From Ruminiclostridium sp. (GTDB taxonomy: Bacteria > Bacillota > Clostridia > Oscillospirales > Ruminococcaceae), in NCBI GenBank assembly GCA_017635095.1, contig JAGBMA010000092.1, positions 30,994 through 94,993 of the forward strand: 64,000 nt of DNA, in the 5' to 3' direction. This document shows positions 1 to 8,918 of this stretch, piece by piece (the first letter of the stretch is position 1; the number at the start of each line of letters is the position of its first letter). A model generated the notes under the pieces. It made no database searches. It was not told where the DNA came from and saw only the letters and a list, made by a program, of their open reading frames with translations. Position numbers and translations under genes: made by a program.

Positions 1-189
1 GGCTATCAGGTAAACGATGCGGTAATGGCTGCAGCAAAGCCGGACGCTATGGTCCAGCACTGCCTGCCTGCACACAGAGAGGAAGAGATCACAGAGAAGG
101 TATTTGAGGCACACGCTTCCGAGATCTTCGATGAGGCAGAAAACAGACTTCATGCACAAAAGGCAGTAATGGTTCTTCTGATGAAATGA
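1..189 (+). CDS. argF: ornithine carbamoyltransferase, C-terminal fragment (5' end lies outside the window)
   Basis: Frame 1 is open from base 1 and reads ...[45 protein letters not shown]-stop. The HCLPAxR motif and the C-terminal helix are typical of OTCase. Confidence 0.8.
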   Translation, partial: GYQVNDAVMAAAKPDAMVQHCLPAHREEEITEKVFEAHASEIFDEAENRLHAQKAVMVLLMK

Positions 190-218
190 TCCGCAAGCCG
201 CGGCAGACAGGAGGAAAT

Positions 219-1859
219 ATGAAAAAACTCGCATCGCTCATTCTGGCTTTTTTGACCGCTTTTTCACTGAGCATAAGTTCATTTGCGCTTACAAAGAATT
301 CGGTCATTCCGACATCAACTCTGAACAAGATACTCACCGAATACCGTGAAGCACTCAAATCGGGAGAAAACCATGTTTCTCTCTCAGGCTACGGACTTTC
401 GGGCAAAGACGCAGAAATAGAACTGTACGACTTCTTATACCGTGCAAATTCCGAGCTCGGAAGCATATCTTACGGCAAATACAGCGACTGCTACCTTGAA
501 ACGGTGATCGAAACGTCTTCCGGCGCAATAACCGGCGTAAAGTTAGATTACTGGGACAGATACAGTACTCCCGACGGAAAGTGCGATATGGAGCTTGTAA
601 AAAAAGACCAGAAGACCGTCTCCGAAAGGTTCAGCACCGCAAAATCCATAGTAAGAAGAAATATGTCCGATGCGGAAAAAGCCCTTGTTCTTTATGAGTA
701 CATTATTCTGCAGGCTAATTATCCGCTTTCGGAAGGCACCGACTCGGACGGAGAGGACATATACCCCGATGATGTATATACCACAGTCGGTCTGCTGTGC
801 GATGGGACCGCGGTATGTGCGGCTTACGCAAAACTCTATGCGATACTTCTCAACGAAGCCGGTATCCCTGCAATAACCGTTGATTGCGATTCGATCAATC
901 ACGAATGGGTCATGGCGGAGATCGACGGTGAATGGTATCATTTCGACCCCACATGGGACGATTATTTGTTCACCGAGGGATATACTTCGCTCTGGGATCT
1001 GAATGATGACAGCTGGGACAAAGGCGCTGCAGACAGATCTTTTTTCCTGAAAAGCGACGATGAATTCATAGAAAGCGGACACCCGGACTGGGACGTATCG
1101 TACAGCGTCAATCCAAACAATATCACCGAACCTCCGGAATCGGGTCCTTCCGGCAAATACGATGACAAGTTCTTCTCGGTGAACAATGAAGACCTCTACT
1201 GCTGTACGCTTATGAACTACATAAACGGAAGCTGGTATTTCGCGGATCTCAAGACCATGTCGATCGTCAACGCGACATATGACGGCGAACTCTCATATAT
1301 CGAGATGCCCACGGACTATATCCCGAAGTACACTTTCGGTTACGGCAATTACCTTTATGTCTGCACAAATTCGTCGGTACTGCGGTACGACACGATGAGC
1401 GACAAGTTTGAGAAGATAATGAAGGTACCGGAAGATGATCGGAAAACCGACAGTTTCAGCGAGATGAGCATTGTGAACGATGAGATGTCGCTTACAACAG
1501 CAAGATATACCTTTGACGAGAACGACGAGTATAAGGACGCGTCCTTCTCTACCGAAGTCTATCCTATGTCGGACGTAGAGAAAATGAGTCCTATAATCGA
1601 CGATATGGACGGCGACGGCGAAGATGTCACTGCAGTAAAGGACGCGGCGGAGGCAGTCTCACCCTCCGGTAAGCTCACACGCCCCGGACAGATCTCCGAC
1701 AAGCCCGCTCTCAGCGAGGAAGAACTTGCGATGATCGAAAATGCGGAATCTACCGGAAAGCGAATGATGGCATTCGTTTATCTCGGTATCGCGGCAATAT
1801 TCATAATCATAGCAACTGTCGCAATAATACTTGCAGTAAAATACACCAAAAAGAAGTAA
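219..1859 (+). CDS. transglutaminase-like cysteine protease domain protein with an N-terminal signal peptide and a C-terminal TM anchor
   Basis: GGAGG lies 6 nt before the ATG at 219 (MKKLASLILAFLTAFSLSISSFA). The core CAAYAKLYAILLNEAGIP...NHEWVMAEIDGEWYHFDPTWDD matches the transglutaminase-like Cys-His-Asp triad. There is a hydrophobic C-terminal helix. Confidence 0.7.
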   Translation: MKKLASLILAFLTAFSLSISSFALTKNSVIPTSTLNKILTEYREALKSGENHVSLSGYGLSGKDAEIELYDFLYRANSELGSISYGKYSDCYLETVIETSSGAITGVKLDYWDRYSTPDGKCDMELVKKDQKTVSERFSTAKSIVRRNMSDAEKALVLYEYIILQANYPLSEGTDSDGEDIYPDDVYTTVGLLCDGTAVCAAYAKLYAILLNEAGIPAITVDCDSINHEWVMAEIDGEWYHFDPTWDDYLFTEGYTSLWDLNDDSWDKGAADRSFFLKSDDEFIESGHPDWDVSYSVNPNNITEPPESGPSGKYDDKFFSVNNEDLYCCTLMNYINGSWYFADLKTMSIVNATYDGELSYIEMPTDYIPKYTFGYGNYLYVCTNSSVLRYDTMSDKFEKIMKVPEDDRKTDSFSEMSIVNDEMSLTTARYTFDENDEYKDASFSTEVYPMSDVEKMSPIIDDMDGDGEDVTAVKDAAEAVSPSGKLTRPGQISDKPALSEEELAMIENAESTGKRMMAFVYLGIAAIFIIIATVAIILAVKYTKKK

Positions 1860-1868
1860 CGGAGGCAG

Positions 1869-2504
1869 ATGATGCGTGAAGAAAAAAATATCTCCGTTGT
1901 CATCGGAGAATCTGAGGACGAAACAAGAGTCCCCTTGATATTCCAGGTAGTGGTCGAGCTCGTTATCGGTGTTTTCCTCATAATATACCGTGATATGACC
2001 ACAAATGTCCTGTTTATCGTTATCGGCGCGCTTATGGTATGCTACGGCGTTTTCGACCTTATCGCCTTTGTGACAAACAACCGCAACTACAGCTTCCGGC
2101 GCGGGCTTACCACCGGCGTACTTATAACGATCATAGGCGTTGCTTTTATCGTTCAGGCGGAAGCGCTCAAAAACCTGCTCGCTATCATAATCGGCGCCCT
2201 TATACTTATCGAGAGCATAGTGAACTGCCGCAGATCCTTCATACTCAAGAATCTCGGATCAGAAAAGTGGTACATTCTGCTTATTTCTTCTCTTGTGGTA
2301 CTTGTTTTCGGGATCCTCATCTGCATCTACCCAAATATGTTCGGCGAGATAATATCGCTTATAATGGGGATAGGAGTGATATTTGAAGCGCTTCTCGACG
2401 CATATGCGATACTCTTCATGTCCGTACTCAGAGGAAAACTGAAAAAAAGCCGCAGATTCAGCGAGGAAGAAGAGACGTCGATAGTGGAAGTGCGTCAAAA
2501 ATGA
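1869..2504 (+). CDS. HdeD/DUF308-like multi-pass membrane protein
   Basis: GGAGG RBS. The protein has six hydrophobic segments, with repeated small-residue-rich helices as in the DUF308 family. Confidence 0.55.
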   Translation: MMREEKNISVVIGESEDETRVPLIFQVVVELVIGVFLIIYRDMTTNVLFIVIGALMVCYGVFDLIAFVTNNRNYSFRRGLTTGVLITIIGVAFIVQAEALKNLLAIIIGALILIESIVNCRRSFILKNLGSEKWYILLISSLVVLVFGILICIYPNMFGEIISLIMGIGVIFEALLDAYAILFMSVLRGKLKKSRRFSEEEETSIVEVRQK

Positions 2505-2594
2505 CCTGTTTTCAACAATTACTTTGACTGATTTCATACAGTTTTCACAAAAGCATGGTAGAATAGGTACAATGAAAGGAATGGTGATCTGTAA

Positions 2595-2765
2595 ATGAAC
2601 TCGATCAAACGCTTCAAGAACCTTATGAGCATTCTCATGCTGTACGCTTCAAATATGATCGTTCATGACAGGGTAGTTATTCCCGGAAAGTTTACTGTTG
2701 CAAAAACAGATAACCGTATTACCGGAACCGTGTTCCCGAAACTTACAACAAACGAAAAGTTATGA
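2595..2765 (+). CDS. hypothetical small protein (56 aa); below the length cut-off of the ORF track
   Basis: ATG preceded by AAGGAATGGTGA. It reads MNSIKRFKNLMSILMLYASNMIVHDRVV...TTNEKL-stop and is followed at once by the strong hairpin terminator at 2771-2804. Confidence 0.3.
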   Translation: MNSIKRFKNLMSILMLYASNMIVHDRVVIPGKFTVAKTDNRITGTVFPKLTTNEKL

Positions 2766-2770
2766 TAATA

Positions 2771-2804
2771 CCCCGGCTGAGAAAAGTATCAGCCGGGGTT
2801 TTCG
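2771..2804. terminator. bidirectional rho-independent terminator
   Basis: CCCCGGCTGA-gaaaagta-TCAGCCGGGG followed by TTTTCG. It sits between convergent ORFs. Confidence 0.75.
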
Positions 2805-2810
2805 TATATC

Positions 2811-3692
2811 TCAGAATATTCCGGGGATCACAAACGCGAGCACTGCTCCGCAGACAAACGACACGAGATTTGCAATAAAAGCATACAGCACCGAACGATC
2901 GTACTCTTTATCTGTCTTGCTGAACAGTATATGATATACCAGAGCTTCGGCTCCGAATACGATAAGCTCCCATTTCCCGTATTCTATAATGACCACAATC
3001 CCGCTCCAAGCTCCGACGAATGAGCCTCCGAATTCAAAGAGATCCACAAGGTTGAGTCCGAGGTTGAGCAGGAGCTGAGTCACTGTGTTTGTGATAAGGA
3101 TAGGAACAAGGTGGCGTTTGTCCCTGTACCCGAATGCGAGCGCGATCAGTATTTCCACAACAACAGTGAATATCATTCTGCAGATAAACGAGAAGACCGC
3201 CCCCGCAAAGTCATACTCTATCGACTGTGAAAGTATCGTCCCGTTCTCACCGAGCTCTATACGGAAATTACTCACCACGGCGTACTTTTTCATAGGAGCG
3301 CTGCATGAGAAAGTGTCGGACGACGGATCATATATGAGTACCTTGAAACTGCACGGGATATCGTTGAACAGATACATGATGCTTCCGTCAAGGGAGAGAA
3401 AACTTCCGCAGTAAACATAGCCGTCGCTGTCGGTGTAAGACATTATCTTTTCGCCTGCATCTTCGTAACTGAAGTGCCGCTCTGCCCCGATAAATATTGA
3501 CCCGGTATTCATTCTTATGCCGGCAACAGGTCTTTCGGTGAATACCGAGGCATACAATTCCCTGCTTCCGATATTCTCAAAGAAAATACTTACGGAGTGC
3601 ATCTGCGCAGCGTTGGCGAATGAAGTCAGAGATAATACCGCCGCAGTCACAAACGCTGCAAATACGGCAGAAATTCTTCTTACGAACCGCAT
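2811..3692 (-). CDS. hypothetical membrane protein (signal peptide, extracytoplasmic domain, C-terminal multi-TM region)
   Basis: N-terminus MRFVRRISAVFAAFVTAAVLSLTSFANA. Four to five hydrophobic helices in the C-terminal half. No family recognised. Confidence 0.55.
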   Translation of the reverse strand: MRFVRRISAVFAAFVTAAVLSLTSFANAAQMHSVSIFFENIGSRELYASVFTERPVAGIRMNTGSIFIGAERHFSYEDAGEKIMSYTDSDGYVYCGSFLSLDGSIMYLFNDIPCSFKVLIYDPSSDTFSCSAPMKKYAVVSNFRIELGENGTILSQSIEYDFAGAVFSFICRMIFTVVVEILIALAFGYRDKRHLVPILITNTVTQLLLNLGLNLVDLFEFGGSFVGAWSGIVVIIEYGKWELIVFGAEALVYHILFSKTDKEYDRSVLYAFIANLVSFVCGAVLAFVIPGIF

Positions 3693-3820
3693 AACCTTTC
3701 ACTCTCCTTTTTCACATCATATCATATTTCACCCTCACAGTCAATTACAAAGCGATTACAATCCGATTACAAAACGGTAACAAAAAGCTCTCCCCGTGTT
3801 CTGCACAGAGAGAGCTTTTT

Positions 3821-5296
3821 TCACAGTATGATGCAGATAAGACCTCCGCAGCCTTCGTTGATTATGCGCTCAATTGTCTCGCGCAGCTTTCCTCTCGCGT
3901 CAGCCGGCATACGATACAGTTTGTTGCGTAAACCTTCGTTCACCAGCTCATGCAGGGATTTTCCGAAAATGTTGCTTTCCCAGAGTTTTATCGGATCCTC
4001 CTCAAACTCGTTGAGCAGATAGCGGATAAGTTCCTCACTCTGGCGCTCGGACCCGACGATAGGAGATACCTCGGTCTCGATATCCGCGGACATCATGTGT
4101 ATCGACGGGGCGTGAGCCCTGAGACGCACTCCGTATTTTCCTCCCTGCTTTACGATCTCGGGTTCTTCAAGACTGAGTTCTCCTATATCCGGCATCACTA
4201 TGCCGTACCCCGTTGCCTGGACTTCATCAAGGGCGTTCTTTACCTTTTCGTAGCTCTTCTTTATAGCTGCAAGTTCGATCATGCAGGGCATTAGATCACC
4301 CTCATCGCTCAGCTCAAGTCCGGTTGTCTCACCGAGGATCTTATAGAACAGGTCTTTCTTCAGCGATATATTGATATATCCGGCACCCTTACCGAGATCT
4401 ATCTCTTCTATATTGCATTCTTCGATATTCTCTTCGTTGGCGACACACTTGGTTATCTTTTTTATCTCCCCTACTGAACCGATATCGGAAGCTGCGTTCT
4501 TTATCGCCGTAAACAGCTCGCGCTTGAGCCAGTGATCCTTATCGAGGGAATTGATCCACTTCGGCATCTTTATGCAGATCTCCTTTACCGGGAACTGCAG
4601 AAGGATCTCCGTAAGTATCTCTTTTACGTCCTTCTCCCCTATTTCCGTGCAGTTCAGCGGGATAACAGGCTTACCGTACTCTCCCGAAAGTCTCTCGGCG
4701 AGAGCCTGGCTTTCCGCGCTTCCCGGTTCCTTGCAGTTAAGCACAACTGCGAACGGCTTGTTTATGTTGTTGAGCTCATCTATCACGCGTTTCTCCGCTT
4801 CCTCATACTCCTCACGCGGGATATCGGTGAAGCTTCCGTCGGTGGTGATGACAAGTCCGATAGTGCTGTGTTCATTGATAACTTTCTGTGTCCCTACCTC
4901 GGCAGCCATATTAAACGGGATCTCACTGTCGAACCAGGGGGTCATGACCATACGGGGCTGCTCATTCTCGATATAGCCGATCGCACTCGGAACGATGTAT
5001 CCGACGCAGTCTATCAGCCGGACATTCATATATGTGCTTTCGTCAAGCTTCACGGAGACAGACTCTTCCGGAACGAATTTCGGTTCTGTCGTCATGATAG
5101 TCCTGCCGGCCGCGGACTGGGGCAGCTCATCGACTGCACGCTCACGCCGGAAGCTGCTCTCAATGTTCGGGATAACGATAGTCTGCATGAACTTGCTGAT
5201 AAATGTTGATTTTCCTGAACGCACGGGACCTACTATCCCAATATAGATATTTCCGTCTGTTCTCTCGGAGATATCATGATATATTGATCTGTTCAT
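3821..5296 (-). CDS. spoIVA: stage IV sporulation protein A (spore coat morphogenetic ATPase)
   Basis: The N-terminus DISERTDGNIYIGIVGPVRSGKSTFISKFM (Walker A) and the 491-aa length are characteristic of SpoIVA. Confidence 0.92.
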   Translation of the reverse strand: MNRSIYHDISERTDGNIYIGIVGPVRSGKSTFISKFMQTIVIPNIESSFRRERAVDELPQSAAGRTIMTTEPKFVPEESVSVKLDESTYMNVRLIDCVGYIVPSAIGYIENEQPRMVMTPWFDSEIPFNMAAEVGTQKVINEHSTIGLVITTDGSFTDIPREEYEEAEKRVIDELNNINKPFAVVLNCKEPGSAESQALAERLSGEYGKPVIPLNCTEIGEKDVKEILTEILLQFPVKEICIKMPKWINSLDKDHWLKRELFTAIKNAASDIGSVGEIKKITKCVANEENIEECNIEEIDLGKGAGYINISLKKDLFYKILGETTGLELSDEGDLMPCMIELAAIKKSYEKVKNALDEVQATGYGIVMPDIGELSLEEPEIVKQGGKYGVRLRAHAPSIHMMSADIETEVSPIVGSERQSEELIRYLLNEFEEDPIKLWESNIFGKSLHELVNEGLRNKLYRMPADARGKLRETIERIINEGCGGLICIIL

Positions 5297-5323
5297 TGTT
5301 TTTTCCTTTCAAAGAGTATTGTT

Positions 5324-6868
5324 TCAGACTATGGGAATAAGTATCATTCCCGATACTTCCGCCGATTCACTCTCAAGATCGTTCTCCGCTATTATTGCAG
5401 CCGCCGAGGTATTGTAGTGCTTGGAGATATCCCAGACTTTCTCACCGTTATCGGCAAAATACAGTCTTAACGCATAGTCGTTCTCTTTCGGCTTCGGCTT
5501 ATCCTCATTCACGGTGATCTCGCTGACTGCATCTATCGTATTCACACAGCACGATGAGCCGATAACATTTACCTGTGCGCGTATCTCGGCGGAGCTGTCA
5601 CCGGTTATGCCGAAGCTCACGCCGGAAATATAAGTGCACGGAAGCACCGTGAACACCTCGTCCGAAGGTATATCGGTCTCCATGTCAAAGCTTTCGTTCT
5701 TATCAAGCACTATGGGCGTGCCGTCCGATGACTTTCCGACTGCACGGAAAAGAAGCCGTATATTGAGCTTTACCCTTCCGTTATCGGAAACGCCGGGAGT
5801 AATGCCGGATATTAAGCATTCTGCATCGTATATCTCACCGATACCACCGTCGGTATATTCCATATCGCTGCGGACATTGTACTGTACGGAAACCGAACGC
5901 GGTGCGCTTTCAAGTCTGACCGGAGTAACTGTGAAGGAAGAGTCATAATCCGTCGAGTACAGGTCGTTCACGGCTTTTATCTGCGATTCCTTATATGCGC
6001 ATACCTTGCAGTCCACAGTCATATCACAGCCGAATGTACGGCTTTCTCCGCCGTCACTCTGCTTTATCTCAAGAGAGAAATCCATGATATCCAGCTCCGA
6101 CACCGTTATATGCGATTCCGTAACGCCGTTGAGATCGACTATCCTGCTGAGGGGTACCGATGCCTCCATTGACTCAACGGAAGTCTCACCGGAGCTGTTC
6201 TTTATTATGTAGAGAGCTTTTATATCCGCTTCGCCCTTTACTACGACTTTGTCTGCAATAACCTTCGTATCGGTCACTCGGGCGGCACAGGCGGAAGAAA
6301 TTACTGCAATGATCCCGCCGCCGGCACCCGTTTCTATATCCTCGCGTACAATATACTGTGAACCGCCGCAGAGCCGCTCATCACATATATCCACCGTCCG
6401 GGTACATATCTGCGTGCCCATTCCTTCCGCTCCGCACAGAAGCTCGCTCTCATACGCGCCGCACACTTTTATGCGAAGGCATACTGCGCCGCGTATATCT
6501 ATGCGCCTGCCGCTTACGGCTCTTGCCGTGCAGTACTCCACAGACGGGAATATGTTCACGACAGGATCCCTTACGGGGCGCGAAAGCTCCACAGTCTTGG
6601 AATATGTCGTTCTCTGATCCAGAACATTGATCTCGCTGCTTCCTTCGGTAAGATAAAGCACCTTGACATAGACAACCCCGTCAATAAACAGCTTATTATC
6701 GGAAACGCTGTACGATACGATCCCCGGTGTAAGCGTGCATTTAAGCAGCTTGAACACGTCCGGACAGTAATCCGGCAGAACATGCTCAAGCTCGATACCC
6801 TGCTCTGTCTGACCGTCAAAAACAGTCTCCGTGAGCAGTACCGGCTCTTTATCAAGTTTAAGTTCCAT
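5324..6868 (-). CDS. DUF3794/SPOCS-repeat protein with a C-terminal LysM-like domain; possible SipL/SpoVID-type SpoIVA partner
   Basis: GGAGG RBS before the ATG at 6868 (MELKLDKEPV...). The C-terminus YALRLYFADNGEKVWDISKHYNTSAAAIIAENDL looks like LysM. The gene lies 27 nt upstream of spoIVA on the same strand. Confidence 0.55.
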   Translation of the reverse strand: MELKLDKEPVLLTETVFDGQTEQGIELEHVLPDYCPDVFKLLKCTLTPGIVSYSVSDNKLFIDGVVYVKVLYLTEGSSEINVLDQRTTYSKTVELSRPVRDPVVNIFPSVEYCTARAVSGRRIDIRGAVCLRIKVCGAYESELLCGAEGMGTQICTRTVDICDERLCGGSQYIVREDIETGAGGGIIAVISSACAARVTDTKVIADKVVVKGEADIKALYIIKNSSGETSVESMEASVPLSRIVDLNGVTESHITVSELDIMDFSLEIKQSDGGESRTFGCDMTVDCKVCAYKESQIKAVNDLYSTDYDSSFTVTPVRLESAPRSVSVQYNVRSDMEYTDGGIGEIYDAECLISGITPGVSDNGRVKLNIRLLFRAVGKSSDGTPIVLDKNESFDMETDIPSDEVFTVLPCTYISGVSFGITGDSSAEIRAQVNVIGSSCCVNTIDAVSEITVNEDKPKPKENDYALRLYFADNGEKVWDISKHYNTSAAAIIAENDLESESAEVSGMILIPIV

Positions 6869-6989
6869 AGTGTACCTCCGTTTTTTATTGAGCATGACTA
6901 AACCGCATTGAACATGCTCTGTCAGAAAAAATATATTCCGATGATGTACTTGTTATGACAAGCTTGAACAATAAATTTATGCATGATAA

Positions 6990-7373
6990 ATGAAAATACG
7001 GCATGTTGTTCGCACCGAGAGCAACTACTGCATCAATCAGGCGGAACTCAAAGGTATGAAGGCCGCAGGTTTCGACGAGTATGAGTTTATCTCTCTCGGA
7101 GAGAACGCGGAAAACGTCTGCGACACCTGCGACGATCTCGACGGTCAGCGGTTCAAGATTGCCGATGCGGTCGTCGGTGTAAACTGCCCGCCGATGCACC
7201 CGTTCTGCCGGTGCAAGGTCACCACACCGCAGGAGACCGAGGAAGACATACAGCGCGAGATCGACGAGCGCATCGACAGCTGGAACATACCCGAGGGAAT
7301 GAGCCTTGACGAGTTCATCGAGCGGGTCAACAACGGGGAGTTTGAGGAGATCAGAGCGGAACAGGAAAAGTAA
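6990..7373 (+). CDS. phage head morphogenesis (SPP1 gp7 / Mu F-like) domain fragment; probable prophage remnant
   Basis: NVCDTCDDLDGQRFKIADAVVGVNCPPMHPFCRCKVT matches the conserved C-terminal core of the Phage_Mu_F domain. At 127 aa it is far shorter than full-length family members, and there are no neighbouring phage genes. Confidence 0.6.
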   Translation: MKIRHVVRTESNYCINQAELKGMKAAGFDEYEFISLGENAENVCDTCDDLDGQRFKIADAVVGVNCPPMHPFCRCKVTTPQETEEDIQREIDERIDSWNIPEGMSLDEFIERVNNGEFEEIRAEQEK

Positions 7374-7386
7374 GCACAGAAAACTG

Positions 7387-7414
7387 TTGACAATTCTGAT
7401 AATCGTGGTATAAT
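7387..7414 (+). promoter_or_regulatory. sigma-A-type promoter (TTGACA, 16-nt spacer, TGG-TATAAT extended -10)
   Basis: TTGACA at 7387-7392 and TATAAT at 7409-7414, preceded by TG. Confidence 0.5.
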
Positions 7415-7469
7415 AGAATTAGGAAACGAAGACATTAAAGGCAGAAGTATCGAGACAGGTGAAGAATTT

Positions 7470-7637
7470 GTGGATAATTGGAAAGAATTAGAAAAATTAA
7501 GAGAGCTTTTTAGAGACAGGCTTCGTGAACTTTGTGAAAGATGCAGAGAAAAACCAGTCAAGGATGCTTTTGTAAAAGAGGAAAAAGCACTGAGACAGTG
7601 GTACGAAGAAGAGTATAAGCGTATTTCTGCGGAATGA
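7470..7637 (+). CDS. hypothetical small helical protein (55 aa, GTG start)
   Basis: AGGTGA lies 7 nt before the GTG. It reads VDNWKELEKLRELFRDRLRELCERCREKPVKDAFVKEEKALRQWYEEEYKRISAE-stop. It is flanked by the promoter at 7387-7414 and the terminator at 7649-7680, and is in frame with the upstream Mu-F fragment. Confidence 0.35.
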   Translation: MDNWKELEKLRELFRDRLRELCERCREKPVKDAFVKEEKALRQWYEEEYKRISAE

Positions 7638-7648
7638 TAATTATTTTC

Positions 7649-7680
7649 AGCGCACGCCCTTGGGTATGCGCTGTTTTTAT
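7649..7680 (+). terminator. rho-independent terminator
   Basis: AGCGCA-cgcccttgggta-TGCGCT followed by GTTTTTAT. Confidence 0.5.
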
Positions 7681-7863
7681 GCCAAAAATCAAACAGGAGG
7701 AAAACAGAATGAGAGAATTATCAACAATCTGTGGCTGTTCCTGCTCGCGTTCGCCGGAGGATTGTCAACGATCTCGGCGGGTATCGCTGTGATCGTAAAC
7801 ATTATCCACAAGGCAAAAAGCCCGAATCAAAAGCAGAACGAGCGTATTGCAGCTCATGTATAA
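7660..7863 (+). CDS. hypothetical small single-TM protein; start codon uncertain
   Basis: The hydrophobic core LWLFLLAFAGGLSTISAGIAVIVNII is followed by a basic tail. The only good RBS (AGGAGG at about 7694) serves a different frame, so the start is unresolved. Confidence 0.25.
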   Translation: MGMRCFYAKNQTGGKQNERIINNLWLFLLAFAGGLSTISAGIAVIVNIIHKAKSPNQKQNERIAAHV

Positions 7864-7916
7864 AGATTTATTTTGTAAAATTATTTTGATTAATTGTAAA
7901 GTTTCCCAAAAAGGTA

Positions 7917-7944
7917 TTGACAAATAATCAAAACCAAGTATAAT
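7917..7944 (+). promoter_or_regulatory. sigma-A-type promoter for the prepilin gene
   Basis: TTGACA at 7917-7922, 16-nt spacer, TATAAT at 7939-7944. Confidence 0.5.
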
Positions 7945-7988
7945 TAAAGATGGGATAGTATTTATAAAAATGCAGGGAGGTGGATACT

Positions 7989-8786
7989 ATGCTGAAGTTT
8001 TTTTACAGATCATTAAGGAAAACAAAAAATAAAAAGGGCTTCACGCTGGTCGAAATGATCGTTGTTGTTGCTATTATCGCAGTTCTCGCCGCTATAATCG
8101 TTCCGACAATAACCGATTATTACAGAAGATCTCGTGTTGCTTCCGCAAATGCTACAGCATCGGAGATAAGGAACCATATACAATACTTTCTCATGGAGAT
8201 CGCCATAACCGGAAAAGGTATGAAACATGGACAGGATATAAACTGCCAGATGATGTTCATGGTAGATAAAGGCGAATGGATGGTAAAAACGGAATGTAAG
8301 GTAAACGGAAAGAACGACTCAAACGGAAGTCTGACGTTCAATGACCATGAAAACTGGTGGAAGAATAACGCAAACGGTGTGCTTCTCGATACTACCACAA
8401 GACAGGATCAGAACCACCAGCTTGCCATGTGCAGAGCCGTTGCGGACTGCTGTCCCGGTCTTCAGACAGGTTTTATCATGGCGTTCTTTACCGACGGCCA
8501 GTGCAGAGGCGTTGTTTATATGCCGGACTGCAACTATATCTGGCCCGGGAACTACAGCGGGATACCGAGCAGTCTTACCAGAGGACGTCCACAGAAAAGA
8601 CCCGCTCTCGTACACGGCAGAACGGACGCCCAGGGTCCGAGGCTCAAAGAGTTTTCTCCTTGGGCAGGTAACTGGCCGCAGTTCGCGGACGACCAGTTCT
8701 GGTCAGGAATGGCGGGTATAGATTATGAGGGCTTTGTGGTAGGTACTTCTCCCGTCATTGATCTCGGTGAGTGCAACCACGGATAA
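7989..8786 (+). CDS. prepilin-type N-terminal cleavage/methylation domain protein (type IV pilin/pseudopilin-like)
   Basis: GGGAGG RBS. MLKFFYRSLRKTKNKKG-FTLVEMIVVVAIIAVLAAIIVP is the canonical G/FTLxE prepilin motif followed by a hydrophobic helix. The globular part is Cys-rich. Confidence 0.8.
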   Translation: MLKFFYRSLRKTKNKKGFTLVEMIVVVAIIAVLAAIIVPTITDYYRRSRVASANATASEIRNHIQYFLMEIAITGKGMKHGQDINCQMMFMVDKGEWMVKTECKVNGKNDSNGSLTFNDHENWWKNNANGVLLDTTTRQDQNHQLAMCRAVADCCPGLQTGFIMAFFTDGQCRGVVYMPDCNYIWPGNYSGIPSSLTRGRPQKRPALVHGRTDAQGPRLKEFSPWAGNWPQFADDQFWSGMAGIDYEGFVVGTSPVIDLGECNHG

Positions 8787-8800
8787 CACTCGTTATTTGC

Positions 8801-8832
8801 AGGACTGTCGTTTTTGCGGCAGTCCTTTTTAT
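8801..8832 (+). terminator. rho-independent terminator
   Basis: AGGACTG-12 nt-CAGTCCT followed by TTTTTAT. Confidence 0.6.
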
Positions 8833-8918
8833 TGCAAAAATTTAAAAAAAATATTGAAATTTATCGAGTAATGTTATATAATAGATGTGTTATGGTATTG
8901 AGAAAGGATCGTCTGAAA

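Noticed and set aside
6885-7199. 104-aa minus-strand ORF overlapping the Mu-F fragment
   Set aside because: It overlaps the start region of the sipL-like gene and the plus-strand Mu-F ORF, which has a recognisable conserved motif. It has no RBS.
8013-8721. Multiple alternative-frame ORFs within the prepilin gene
   Set aside because: Only the 7989 frame begins with an RBS and the canonical prepilin signal. The others are shadow ORFs.
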